Notes: a model not told the origin generated them from the sequence alone. Numbered from the stretch's first letter, positions 1 to 11,094 are shown. The stretch: DNA of 36,469 nt from Jimgerdemannia flammicorona (GCA_003990765.1 RBNJ01000218.1:1-36469); one strand, 5' to 3'. Program-made: numbers and translations.

Positions 1-303
1 TCGGGTTCAGGGTCGGGTTCAGGGGTCGGGTTTAGGTTTGGGTTAAGGGTAAATAATGAGTCGGGTGACATACATTTCCAGGTCGGGTTAAAGACGGGTG
101 ACGTATTATTCCGGGTCGGGTTAAAGACGGGTGACGTACAATTCTGGGTCGGGTTAAAGACGGGTGACGTATAATTCCGGGTCGGGTTAAAGACGGGTGA
201 CGTATAATTCCGGGTTGGGTTAAAGATGGGTGACGTCTAATTCCGGGTTGGCTGTTTTACGGGTCGGGTTTCGGGTTAATCGGGTCGGGTTTGCGGAGCA
301 CTA
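1..303. mobile_element. Terminal part of a hAT-like DNA transposon or MITE (other end lies outside the window)
   Basis: Ends in GGAGCACTA (295-303), the same terminus as the two MITEs at 32518-33110 and 34995-35418. It is packed with TCGGGT subterminal motifs and abuts element A coding sequence. Confidence 0.7.
79..243 (+). repeat. 33-bp tandem repeat, 5 units (subterminal array)
   Basis: Units of consensus CGGGTCGGGTTAAAGACGGGTGACGTATAATTC start at 79, 112, 145, 178 and 211, with partial units on either side. Confidence 0.95.
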
Positions 304-2932
304 CTTACAACTACTGCTAAGAATCAAGAGTATAAGATTATAGAAGCTTACAATATATAAAAAGAATACAAAAACTTAGGTAAAGAATCTAAAGACTAGT
401 GTAAGACATCAGCCTATATCCCATATCAGATTGAAGATTATATCTTTGATGTCATCATTAATACTGGTGCTAGAGGATGCCTTATAAGTAAGAAGGCAAT
501 TAACTACCTAGGCTGAGACATTGAAGAGTCCACTAAGATGGTCTATATTATAGTAGATAGTATACAAGCTACCTCTCTTAGAAAAATCAGAGAAGTTTCT
601 ATTAAGATAGGAGGAGCTACTATCCTAGTAAATGTGATTGTTATCAGTACCACCAACTATAATATCCTTATTAGCAATCAATAGCTTCACAAGACCAAGG
701 CCATCATTGATCTCAATGTCCAGAAGATGCAGATCAACTATAGAGGAAGAAAGATATAAGTCTCTATCAATATCCATAAAGGAGTTCTATCAGATATAGA
801 GGAAAGAGATGAAGAGGATATAGAAGTCTTCATGCACTCAGTGAACAAGAATAAGAATAAGGCACCCAAGCTCACAGATGAGCAATAGTATAACAAGATC
901 ATCAATAGCTATGTCCCTTAAGGAAGATACCCCCATGATACTATAATATACTGCTCTGAATACCTGAATAACTACTGGTCCTATATCAGTGAAGTCAGGA
1001 AAATCTGCCAACAGAAATATAAATAAGAAGTCACTGAAGCAAAAAGGAAAGCCAAAGAAAATGACCAGCTCCTAGAGCTCCAAGCTGATAGTGATGATGA
1101 GAAGAAATAAGAACCAGACATTACTCTCAAGATCAAGAAGTTTTACCTCAAAGCCAAGATCTCAGAATACAAGACTAAAGGAGCTATAGGAATGGACCTT
1201 GCTAGCATTAAAGATACTACTCTTGAACCACAGATCACCACCCTACTTGATACTGAAATTAGAGTCAAGTTGCCAGAGAACCATACTGAAATTATCAAGA
1301 CCAGGAGCAGTCTGGCCAAAAGCGAAATCTCAGTTGAAGGAGGAGTAATTGACCCTGATTATGCTGGCAAGATCTTCCTTATAGTCAGGAATTACAACCC
1401 TACCACCCTATTTGAAGTCAAGAAGTATGACAGGATTGGCCAGATACTGATCCATGAAATCAAGAAGCCCAAGATCATGAAAGCCACCAAACTCATCAAG
1501 ATCAAGAGAGGAGAACAAGGCTTTGAATTTACTGGAAGAAGAGCCTATGTTATTACTAAGATTACTAAACTTGAGTACAAGAAAGACAAGAACCAGAACA
1601 AGCATACATATACTATTGGAGAAAACTTTCCCCTAGGAGAAGAACTTCTCAAGATACTATACCAGAATGAAGGAATACTTGCTACAGACTTCAGGGTTAT
1701 CTATAATCAAGAACCCAAGTACTATTATAAAGTTGACACTGGTATTACTAAGCCCATCTACCAGAAAGCCAGATCTATACCACCTGCCTACAGAGAATGG
1801 TTGTGAGCAGAACTCAAGGAAATGGAAGAAGCCAGAATCATCAAGCAAGCTATCAGTCCCTGGACTTCACCCATTGTCCTTGTCCTGAAGAAAGGAAGCA
1901 AGCCTAGAGAGTTTGTGCCAAGACTCTGTATTGACTACAGAAAGCTTAATGCAATCACCAAGAAGAATAGGCAGTCCTTGCCAAATATTCAAGAAATCCT
2001 TATCATCCTTAGAAGTGAATCCAAATACTACACTATCTTGAATCTGTTCTCAGGCTTCTACCAGATTGGTCTCACTCAAGATACCAGTGAGAAATCAGTC
2101 TTCATCATACCTGATGCTACTTATATCTACCTGTGAATACTATTTGGAATGTACAATGCCCCAGCAAGTTTTTAGTAAATGATAAACAGAGTTTTCAGCA
2201 ACAAGATTGGAAAATAGCTCTTTGTCTATGTTGATGATGTGATCATCTTTAGCAATACTGTATGGAAATATGTCAACTATATACAGCTAGTCCTCAAGAA
2301 GCTCAAGGAGCATGGCCTCTATATCAAGCCCAAGAAATGTAAGTTTGTAGCTCAGAAAATCACCTATCTAGGATACCTCATCAATCAGACCAGAATCCAC
2401 ACAGACTCCATAAAGATTGAGACTATTGTAGCCTACCCAAGATCCAGAATAACTACAGAAGTCCATGCCTTCCTTGGACTAGCTAGCTACTACAGAAGAT
2501 TCATTAAAGGATACTCCAACATTGCAGTACCTATTTATGAGCTACTGAAAAAGGAGACCAAATTCAAATAGACCAAAGAATACCAAGAAATCTTCAATAA
2601 ACTTAAGACTAGGTTGACCCAAGCACCTATCCTTAAAAGACCAGATTGGAACCTAGAGTTCATCCTGCAGACAGATGTAAGTACTATAGAACTTAGAGCA
2701 GTCCTAGCTCAGAAGAAAGATGGATATGAATATGTCATCTCCTATATAAGCCAAGGTACCTGTAGAGCAGAACAGAACTATAAGTTATATAAGCTTAAAT
2801 GCTTAGCAGTAGTTTGGGCAGTAGACAAGTTCCACTATAATCTAGCTGGGAAATACTTCACTATTCAAACAGACCAATCTGCTCTTATCTGGCTATTCCA
2901 CACTCTGAACCCCAAAGGAATATATGCCAGAT
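304..2932 (+). pseudogene. pol: Element A: decayed Ty3/Gypsy pol, 5' part (protease - Cys/His module - dUTPase - RT - RNase H)
   Basis: One frame with many stops. Motifs: IINTGARGC (DTGA-like, 460-471), dUTPase motifs, SPWTSPIVLV..RLCIDYRKLN, FVYVDDVIIFS, FLGLASYYRRFIKGYS and FILQTDVS..AVVWAVDKF..IQTDQSAL. The frame is cut at KGIYAR by the B LTR. Confidence 0.93.
1126..1536 (+). pseudogene. dut: dUTPase domain of element A (between protease and RT)
   Basis: All five trimeric dUTPase motifs are recognisable: GAIGMDL, RSSLAK, GGVIDPDYAGKI, DRIGQIL and RGEQGFEFTG. Confidence 0.92.
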
Positions 2933-2959
2933 TGTAAGTGCACAACCTCCAAGCCACCA

Positions 2960-3155
2960 AAATTATATGTCACCCTCTGAACAAACTACTGAAATCACAT
3001 GCGACCCCTGAACAAATCTGGAAATCACCTGCTTGATCACAAAGCTGAGTCAAACCGAAGTCACAGCATACAAAGCTGAGTCAATACAAAGTCACAGAAC
3101 ACAAGATCTATACAAATAGAATCTTACCAATCAGGACCAAACATATATATACTGA
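2960..3155 (+). promoter_or_regulatory. Putative upstream promoter module of the LTR (for the U3 ORF)
   Basis: TGAGTCA (AP-1/Gcn4-type) sites at 3046-3052 and 3077-3083 within a 31-bp duplication. A CRE-like TGACGT is intact in the C copies. A TATATA-type run lies ~75 bp before ATG 3225. Confidence 0.4.
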
Positions 3156-3224
3156 GTATCAAGATACATCGAAACAGAGAACCAAAACAAACAACAATAA
3201 CCACAAACTTCCAAACACATAAAC

Positions 3225-4322
3225 ATGACCACCAAGATTTACAACTGTATCTGTGCTGACATTTGGAATGCCATTGTCAACCGAGCTACACCCCCTCTGC
3301 CTCTTATGAATATCCATAGCCTGGCACCCCTCTACTTCATAGAAGCCCGATGGAATGCTCTGAACATACTTAGTGAGGCCCACTGAATCGGACAAATCTC
3401 AAGCTATTACCAGATTGGCTGCCTCCTGGAAGATATGGTCAAACACCACCACGATACAGACATTACCCAGATGTCTCAACACCAGAAGCTCATTGCCTGC
3501 AAACATTGAGAACTTTTCTACGAGTATAGTACTATTATTCCCCGTCTCCGAGTTACTACCAGCAAAATGGTTGCTACCCTGTCCTATGGCCAAATCGATG
3601 ACATGATATAAGAACTCAACCACAAGTACCTTGAGTACGTCCAGACCACAGACAGAACCTTCCCACACCCTGATGACCATATCCTGCATATGCCCTAAGT
3701 CGGATACACTATGAAGGACATCTACGATATAATCTGGTTCAATAAAGATGAAGCAGAAGATAATGATCCCTTAGACACCGATATGACCCCAAGCCAAGGA
3801 TCTCTACCAACACTTATTACACCACCAACCTTGCTAATGAACTTACAACAGTTCATAACCACATACAAGACTTATTGGGACAATGACCACTGGCATGAAT
3901 ACCAATCCACATTCACCCCCGATTACTTTAACTATAATGAAGAGACCGGAGAATACAATCTGTACCTCCAGACAACCCTTGAGATCGAACCAACCACTCC
4001 ACCACCCGAGTATGAGCGACATGAACCACAGCCACCAGCATACTACAATCCTGTGACTCATAGTACTGTAACCTACAGAAGGTATGCAGATAGCGAATCT
4101 GATGAAAGCAAAGATAATGCACCACTCCTTCATCCACCAATACCTTATCCAGCATACGAGACAGATAATGCTATCCTGTGGGATGGTGACAAAGTTCCGA
4201 TGTATTATTACCTCAGTGAATAAGGAGAAGTAATCCACAAACCACTTTTCCTAGATGACTACTTCATCAGAGATGATACAATCGATGGTGATGTCATCGA
4301 GGACTACCCAGACAGTGCCTAA
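3225..4322 (+). pseudogene. LTR(U3)-encoded ORF, 365 codons, unknown acidic protein with PPxY motifs (B 5' LTR copy)
   Basis: ATG 3225 to TAA 4322 spans 1098 bp, the same length as in the other three LTRs. Internal stops are C>T type and are open in at least one other copy. It includes track ORF 3711..4223. Confidence 0.85.
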
Positions 4323-4511
4323 ACCCATAAATAGCCTAGCAGTCATAGTATAGTTAGATTAGTATTGTATGATATGACTGTGAACTGACTCAGCAGTCAG
4401 ATGATCTCTTGACATGTCAGATCATACTTGTACTACGTGACTGTATTCTGACTCAGCAAGACACTTAGTGCTACATCTATATTGAGCATAGTCCAGATAG
4501 CCCCTCACTAG

Positions 4512-4519
4512 TATAAATA
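4512..4519 (+). promoter_or_regulatory. TATA box of the B LTR (likely genomic RNA promoter)
   Basis: TATAAATA followed by a C-run, conserved in all four B/C LTRs. The same TATAAATA followed by a C-run occurs in the D LTR (17251-17258). TGACTCA lies upstream at 4386-4392. Confidence 0.65.
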
Positions 4520-5002
4520 CCCCCTCCCCCAGACCTCAGAATCTCAGACACAAATATACAAGAACATTCCTGAATACTTCCCCCACAATATCTCTTCATA
4601 CAAACTACTCCTAGTATAGCAATATCATGAATAGCAAATAAATCTATTTGATAACTCTCAAACTACTCTTAAGTAAATCTGCTCCCTGTTAGGTCCCACT
4701 CTGAACCCCATCATGAAATTTCTAATTGGGTATTGTCTGCAGCAATATGCTGATTCAACTAAGCTGGTCTTAGTTTCTTGAACTTCCTGAAATACAGAAA
4801 ATCCTGAAAATCCAGAACTAGTCCGAAAAAGGACTTTGGTTGAGACATCAACCTGATCTTGAAATCAATAAGTATAGAGGATGTACTCCATATGAAATTG
4901 ATCTTGACCATAAGAAAACAATCTTCCAGAATATCTAGAACTTCCAGAAAACCCTTCCAGAACTACGTAACAGTTACCCTAAAAAGCAACCCTCTTACAA
5001 CT

Positions 5003-5015
5003 TGGGAGTAGCGGT
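5003..5015 (+). other. Primer-binding site of B (initiator tRNA-Met type, mutated)
   Basis: TGGGAGTAGCGGT lies 3 nt after the LTR. The consensus with C gives TGGTAGCAGCGGT, identical to D's PBS. Confidence 0.75.
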
Positions 5016-5106
5016 TTACAATCCAATTCCACTTCAAGACACTTCCTCACCCTGCTACAAACCCTTCTGCGAATTCCTACAAGTTGGTATAAAGCCCAAC
5101 CTCTGA

Positions 5107-8100
5107 ACTGGAATTTATTCTGAACCATCTGATAATCTGGAGAGAATTGAACCTGATGTATAAGGACAATTTGACCTCCACACCTGCAACAAGTGGGATA
5201 AACTTCATTCAAAGAAAGAAGTACTCCAATTAAACCAGCAAATAGGTGAAACCCTTTTCACCAAACTCCTTGCACTACACCCAGCAAGTCAAGACAAAGA
5301 AGGTCTTATTGAAGCCTTCTTTACTCTTCTCAATAAGAGTTTTGTCAGCTCCACAAATCTGAGCAACCTAGGACAATCAGCAGTAGTCTTTCTAGCCTTA
5401 GTTCCTCATGAAGCCCAAGCCTCTATAGCCAAGTGGCTCAACTCTACTGACTTTCACCATACCAGGACTAAGACCACATTATACTACTAATTCCAGAACA
5501 GCAAGGCCTGCTATATTCTTAAAGAAGAGGTAAGAGAAACCCTTCATCAACTACCTGACCCTGAACCTGAAGCAGGCCCTGCTACAGCCCTACCTGAATC
5601 TGAAACCAATACTGAACCTGAACTTAACTTTGGATTAAGTTCATCTGAAATCAGATATACAACTGATTCTGTCTACTTTGACACTGAGCAAACCCAATTA
5701 CACGGGGACCAAACTGAAGAAGAGGAGGAGTATCTCACTGAATTCGATCCCAGATATACCACTGAAGGAGATGCACTTCCATCAGGACAAAATACACCTA
5801 CACAGCAACAAACAGCTATCTATCAAGCCCTTACTCCAGATCCACAACTACTACTTCAGCAACTTACACAGACCCAAAGAACACCATCACACTCCACACC
5901 AGTACCTCAAGTAGTACTAGTAACACCACTACCAGCAGTCCAACTGCCTCCAGTAAACAACATAGCGAACCAACAGATTCTAGATCTCACAGCTCAGGTA
6001 GCCATAATGGCAGCAACCATTACTGCCTTAGCTGAACAGACCTGATCTACCAAAAATCTGAGCCTACCTACCTTCAATGGTACTGCATAAGAAGTCCAAA
6101 GCTTTATTAGTATAGTTGACACCAACTTCAAAGCCAATCAATGGACCAATGAGTGAGTTGCTAACTGTATTCTGATAAATAATCAAGACCACACTCTGGA
6201 ACAACTCTTTGCTACAACTACAGCCTATGTCCACTAAGTTGTTACATTCTTCTGAGGACCTGCCGAAGAATGGCGGCGAACCCTTCCTGAAAAACCCCTC
6301 ATATGAGATACCTGACCTGCAGTAGTTGCTCAGAATACAGCAAACAATGCCCCAGGATACGGAGCCCATCCTGCAGCCCCTAGACTCAAACAACTCATGA
6401 TTGCCCAATACCGCAGCGAAACCATGATTGCCAAATCTTGAGTAAAACTCTGCAACCTTAAATTTGATATACATGGCAAAGAAGAATTCGAAACCTTCTA
6501 TACAAAACTCGAGTCACTCCTGAACACTGTTGGCCTAGGATATATCGCCAATGATGAAGCACGAAATGATACAAGAGCAGACCATTTATTTGATGCTCTA
6601 CCTGAATAGCTTACTAGAAAAATCCGAGAACAAGGTCACCCAGTTGGTTGTGACCACCAACAATGGTGCCTGGCAAGAATCAAGACCATGGTCAAGTGAA
6701 TCCTAACAGCTGGACCAATTCTGCCCCAAAGATAATTCAATAACAAGGAAAGAACTTGGACCAAGAAAGAAGAACCCAAGCATGAAGCATCCCGAGCTCC
6801 CTCCACATCTATCTCTTGGACACCCAGAAATCATGAACCCACCCAGCCAAGTACCTTCAAGAAACTTACTGAAGGCGAAAGGAATGAACTTCGAAGAAGT
6901 GGAGCATGCTTCTATTGCCGAAAGACAGAACACATGGCCAGTGCCTGCTCTAATCGAAAACCCTGAACAGTAACCCAAGCAACTGTTACCACTCTGCACC
7001 ACCTCAACAACCTGACCACCAGAACACTGGACTTTGTCAAGTTAAGACAAACTGCTAAGGCCCTAATCAAAAGAAGTCAGAAAGCAGCTGGATATGACCT
7101 GTATGTAGCCGAAGAAGCTACAGTTTCCAACCAAGAAGTCAAACAAGTCTACACAGAAATCAGCATCCAAATACCTGAAAGACATATTGGAAAAATATGC
7201 TGTCGCAGCAGCCTAGCATTGAAAGGACTCACAGTAGAAGGAGGAATTATCAATGAAGATTACATAGGCGAAATCATTGTCCTCATCCGAAACCATAGTT
7301 GGATACCCTTCAAGATCCCTATTGGTTTCTGCATTGCCCAGATCCTATTTGAAAAAATTGAGTCAACCCTGACAGTTAAGGAAGTCCCTGAACTACTATC
7401 CACCATCTGAGGATCTAAAGGATTTGGCTCATCAAACAAGGCCCCAACCCAACCTATCATGAGCAAAGAAGAACAATTCTACAAGAAGATTGAAGATGGA
7501 TATATACCAAGTGGCTGATGCCCTCATGGCATTGAAATGTACTCTTCTCAAATAATTGATGATTGCTTTTCTTGTGTCAATGAACTGGCTCAAAGAAGAA
7601 CTAACAGAAGGAAAGCTCAAACAACCAAAATCACCACTATTGGATCAGACAAACTGCTCACCCTTAAGGCTTTTGTCAACAGAGCACCTGTCAAGATTAT
7701 GATAGACAGTGGTGCCTCAGGCAACTTCATCAATGAAGAGATAGCCAACAGACTCAAGGTCTTCACCTCCCCAGTACAACAAACTCAAGCAGTTGCTACA
7801 GCTGATGGAACCTCACATGTTATTAGCAAAGAAGTTCGCAATCTATCTTTCCGAATTGGTGACTACTAAGTACATGTTACCCTCCAGATCATACCACTTC
7901 CTGACAATGAAATCATCCTTGGAACTCTATGGTTAAAACAAGAGAACCCCATGATCGATTGGGTAAACCATTCTTTGACCATCAAGAAAGGATGCCACAA
8001 CTTCAAATTATAAGGTGAAAAGGACCCACTCAACTCTAGTAACCCTGGACAAAAGATCACCCACATCAACAAGCTACAACTCAAGAAATTGGCCAAGAAG

Positions 8101-11094
8101 TGCCCTCTCTTTGCCATCTCCATCCGTTCACCCAAAGGAGAACTCGAGAATTCTGAAGAAGATTTTTCCAAAGTTGACAGCCGTGTCAGACCACTACTTC
8201 AGAAATTTCGGGACATATTTCCAAAGAAGCTCCTGAAAGGCCTACCTCCCAAATGAGCAGTAGACCATGCTATCAAGACTATCCCAGATGCCAAACCAGC
8301 CTTCAAGTCAATCTACCACATGTCTCCGAGAGAAATTGATGCACTCAAGAAGGAAATCGATGAACTCCTAGAATAAGGATTCATCAGACCTAGTGTATTA
8401 CCCTATGGTACACCAGTCCTCTTCATTGTCAAGAAAGGAGGAGACCTGCGAATGTGTATTGACTACCGAGATCTCAATGAACAGACCATCAAGAACTGTT
8501 GCCCACTACCAAGGATCGATGAAATATTCGATAGGCTCACCAACCCACAATTCATGAGCTCCTTTGACCTGTGAAATGGTTACTGGCAAATTGCTATGAA
8601 AGAAGAAGACATCTATAAGACAGCTTTCCAAACTCACTATAGACACTTCAAGTTCCTGGTTATGCCCTTTGGCTTAACTAATGCTCCAGCAACCTTCCAG
8701 ATACTGATGAATACCATTCTGCATCCATATTTGGACAAATTCGTTGTCGTCTACATTGATGACATCCTAGTCTTCAGCAAAACTCTGGAAGAACATCTTG
8801 AACACCTTGAACTAGTACTACTGAAACTCTAAGAAAACTGACTCTTTGCAAAACTCAGCAAGTGTGAATTTCTCCTGAAAGAAATTCAATTCCTTAGACA
8901 CATTGTCACTCCAAATAGAATCAAAGTGGACCCCAGCAAAATCTCGGCAATCAAGGATTAGTCCAGACCCAAGAAGCTGAAAGACCTCCAGTCATTCCTA
9001 GGATTAGCAAACTATTACAGGCGATTTGTTGCCAACTTTGCTAAAATCGCTACTGCCCTCACCCAAATAACCAAGCACAGCAAGAAATAAGAACAACCCT
9101 GGACCATAAAACAAGAGAAAGACTTCAACAATCTTGTAAATTGGGGACCCAAACAAGATACTGCCTTTCAAGTACTAAAAGATGCCCTGATAATCACTCC
9201 AGTACTTCAAGTGGCAAATCCTGCCCTACCATATAAAGTTACTACTGATGCCTCTGATCTAGCTCTTGGAGCAGTGCTCATGCAAGAAGGACACCCTGTG
9301 GCCTATCACTCCCGCAAGTTCAATGATGCCGAAATCAACTATGCAACCCATGAGAAGGAAATGCTAGTCATTGTAGATACTCTGATCAAATGGTGACCAT
9401 ACCTAGAAGGAGCACACTTCACTGTATTGACTGACCACAAGTCATTAGTCAACATCAAGACCCAGGCTACCCTTTCACGAAAGCAAGCCAGATGGATGAA
9501 AGTCCTCACCAACTTTGACAATAAAATCCAGTACCGCCCTGGCAAGGAAAATATTGTTGCCGATGCAATCTCCAGACCACCAATTGAAGAAGTTATCCAA
9601 ACTCTCACCTTGGTTACAAACTCCATCATGGAACAAATTATCACAGCATACACTGATGATAAGGAAGCTCAAGCACTCTGAGAAATTCTGAATAGTGATG
9701 ATGCTTACAAGTATACCCAGTACAATCAATACCAACTGAAGGATAGTACTCTCTACTATAAGGACAGACTGTATGTCCCAAACAACTGAGACCTCTGAAG
9801 GACTATCCTATTTGAATGTCATTATGCCCCTATAGCTAGACATTTAGGATTTGATAAATGTTATAAAGTTATCTCCTGAAACTTTTATTGGCCCCACATG
9901 GCAGATCAGCTCAAGACCTACATCACTTCCTGTAATGCCTACCAACGAAACAAGTCCTCAATACTAGCAAAACCTGGCTTACTTCACCCTATCCCAGTAC
10001 CATCTGCGAATTGGGAACAAATCTCTATGGACTTTATTGTACAACTACTCCAAACTAAGAATGGGAAAGATGCAATTGTTGTCTTTGTAGACTACCTCAG
10101 CAAACAAGCCCACTTCGTGCCTACTACTACTACTGCAACAGCACCAGACATAGCCATACTCTTGTTTGACAATATCTTCCACTATCATGGTCTTCCTAAG
10201 ATCATTGTTAGTGACCGAGATCTGAAATTTACCAGCCACTTTTGGAAAGCCTTCCATGCACACCTTGGAACAAAACTTGCACTATCTACAGCCTTTTACC
10301 CAGAAACTGATGGCCAAACTGAAAGAATGAACCGAACTCTAGAACAAATGTTAAGGAACTATGTTTCCTACAGACAAGATGATTGGCATGAACACCTGAT
10401 AGCAGTAGAGTTTGCTTATAACAACAGCAAGCAAGCCTCTCTGGGAATGACCCCATTCTTTGCCAATACTGGACAAAACCCAAACACCCCTTTGACACTT
10501 ATCCGAACCACCAAAGAACCCTCCACAGTCGAAGCTGTTGAAGAATTCCTACTCTGAATATGTAATCTAAGCCAGATTGCAATTGAGAATTTATCACGAG
10601 CTCAAGAACAACAGTCACAGTATGTTAACCAACACCGCCGAGAAGAAACCTTTGATATTGGAGAAAAAGTTCTACTGGATATCAGAGGATACTGAGTTGA
10701 CAACCTGAAGCACAGACCATCTACAAAACTGAACAGCAAGTTCATTGGACCATTTGAAGTCATTGCATAAGTCTCTCCAACCTCCTATAAACTGGCGCTA
10801 CCAGATACCATTAAGATTCACTCAGTCTTTAATGTTCAATGTCTCAAGCAATATAATGAGAATGATGATGAGCTATTTCCAAACCGGACCATCAAACCAC
10901 CTACACCTGTCATTATTAATGATCAAGAAGAATATGAAGTTGAACAAATCCTCAACAAACATGGCAACAAAAACCACCCCAAGTACCTTGTCAAATGGAA
11001 AGGTTATCCAATCCATGACACAACCTGGGAACCCAAGACCAATCTCTAGAATGCTACCAACCTAGTTCAGGAATATGATTTCTTGAACAACTAG
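5107..11094 (+). pseudogene. gag-pol: Element B single-frame gag-pol (leader extension - Gag - Zn knuckle - dUTPase - Cys/His module - PR - RT - RH - IN - chromodomain)
   Basis: All domains are in one frame with point stops only. Motifs: LPTFNGT (Gag), CFYCRKTEHMASAC (6907-6948), [44 protein letters not shown] and EYEVEQIL..YLVKWKGY..TWEP. The probable Gag AUG position is 5962 (ATA here, ATG in C). Confidence 0.93.
7027..7434 (+). pseudogene. dut: dUTPase domain of element B (between Zn knuckle and protease)
   Basis: Motifs AAGYDL, RSSLA, GGIINEDYIGEI, IAQILF and GSKGFGSS. Confidence 0.92.

Larger units (their letters stand above)
2933..4999 (+). repeat. Element B 5' LTR (2067 bp)
   Basis: TG...CA ends, colinear with the copy starting at 11521, and followed by a PBS. 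Confidence 0.96.

Noticed and set aside
1..50. G/T-rich start as a telomere
   Set aside because: There is no regular TTAGGG-type array. The motifs are TCGGGT variants leading to a transposon-like terminus at 303.
79..243. 33-bp repeats as a CRISPR array
   Set aside because: The units are head-to-tail with no unique spacers, there are no cas genes, and the context is eukaryotic transposon sequence.
3159..4238. Antisense and alternate-frame ORFs over the LTRs and gag-pol (e.g. 3399..3689, 3843..4238, 6064..6474, 14668..15039)
   Set aside because: These are shadows of the biased codon usage on the coding strand. Their boundaries vary between copies and they show no motifs.
3225..4322. U3 ORF as an env gene
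   Set aside because: It has no signal peptide, no hydrophobic transmembrane segment and no evident furin site, and it lies inside the LTR rather than between pol and the PPT.
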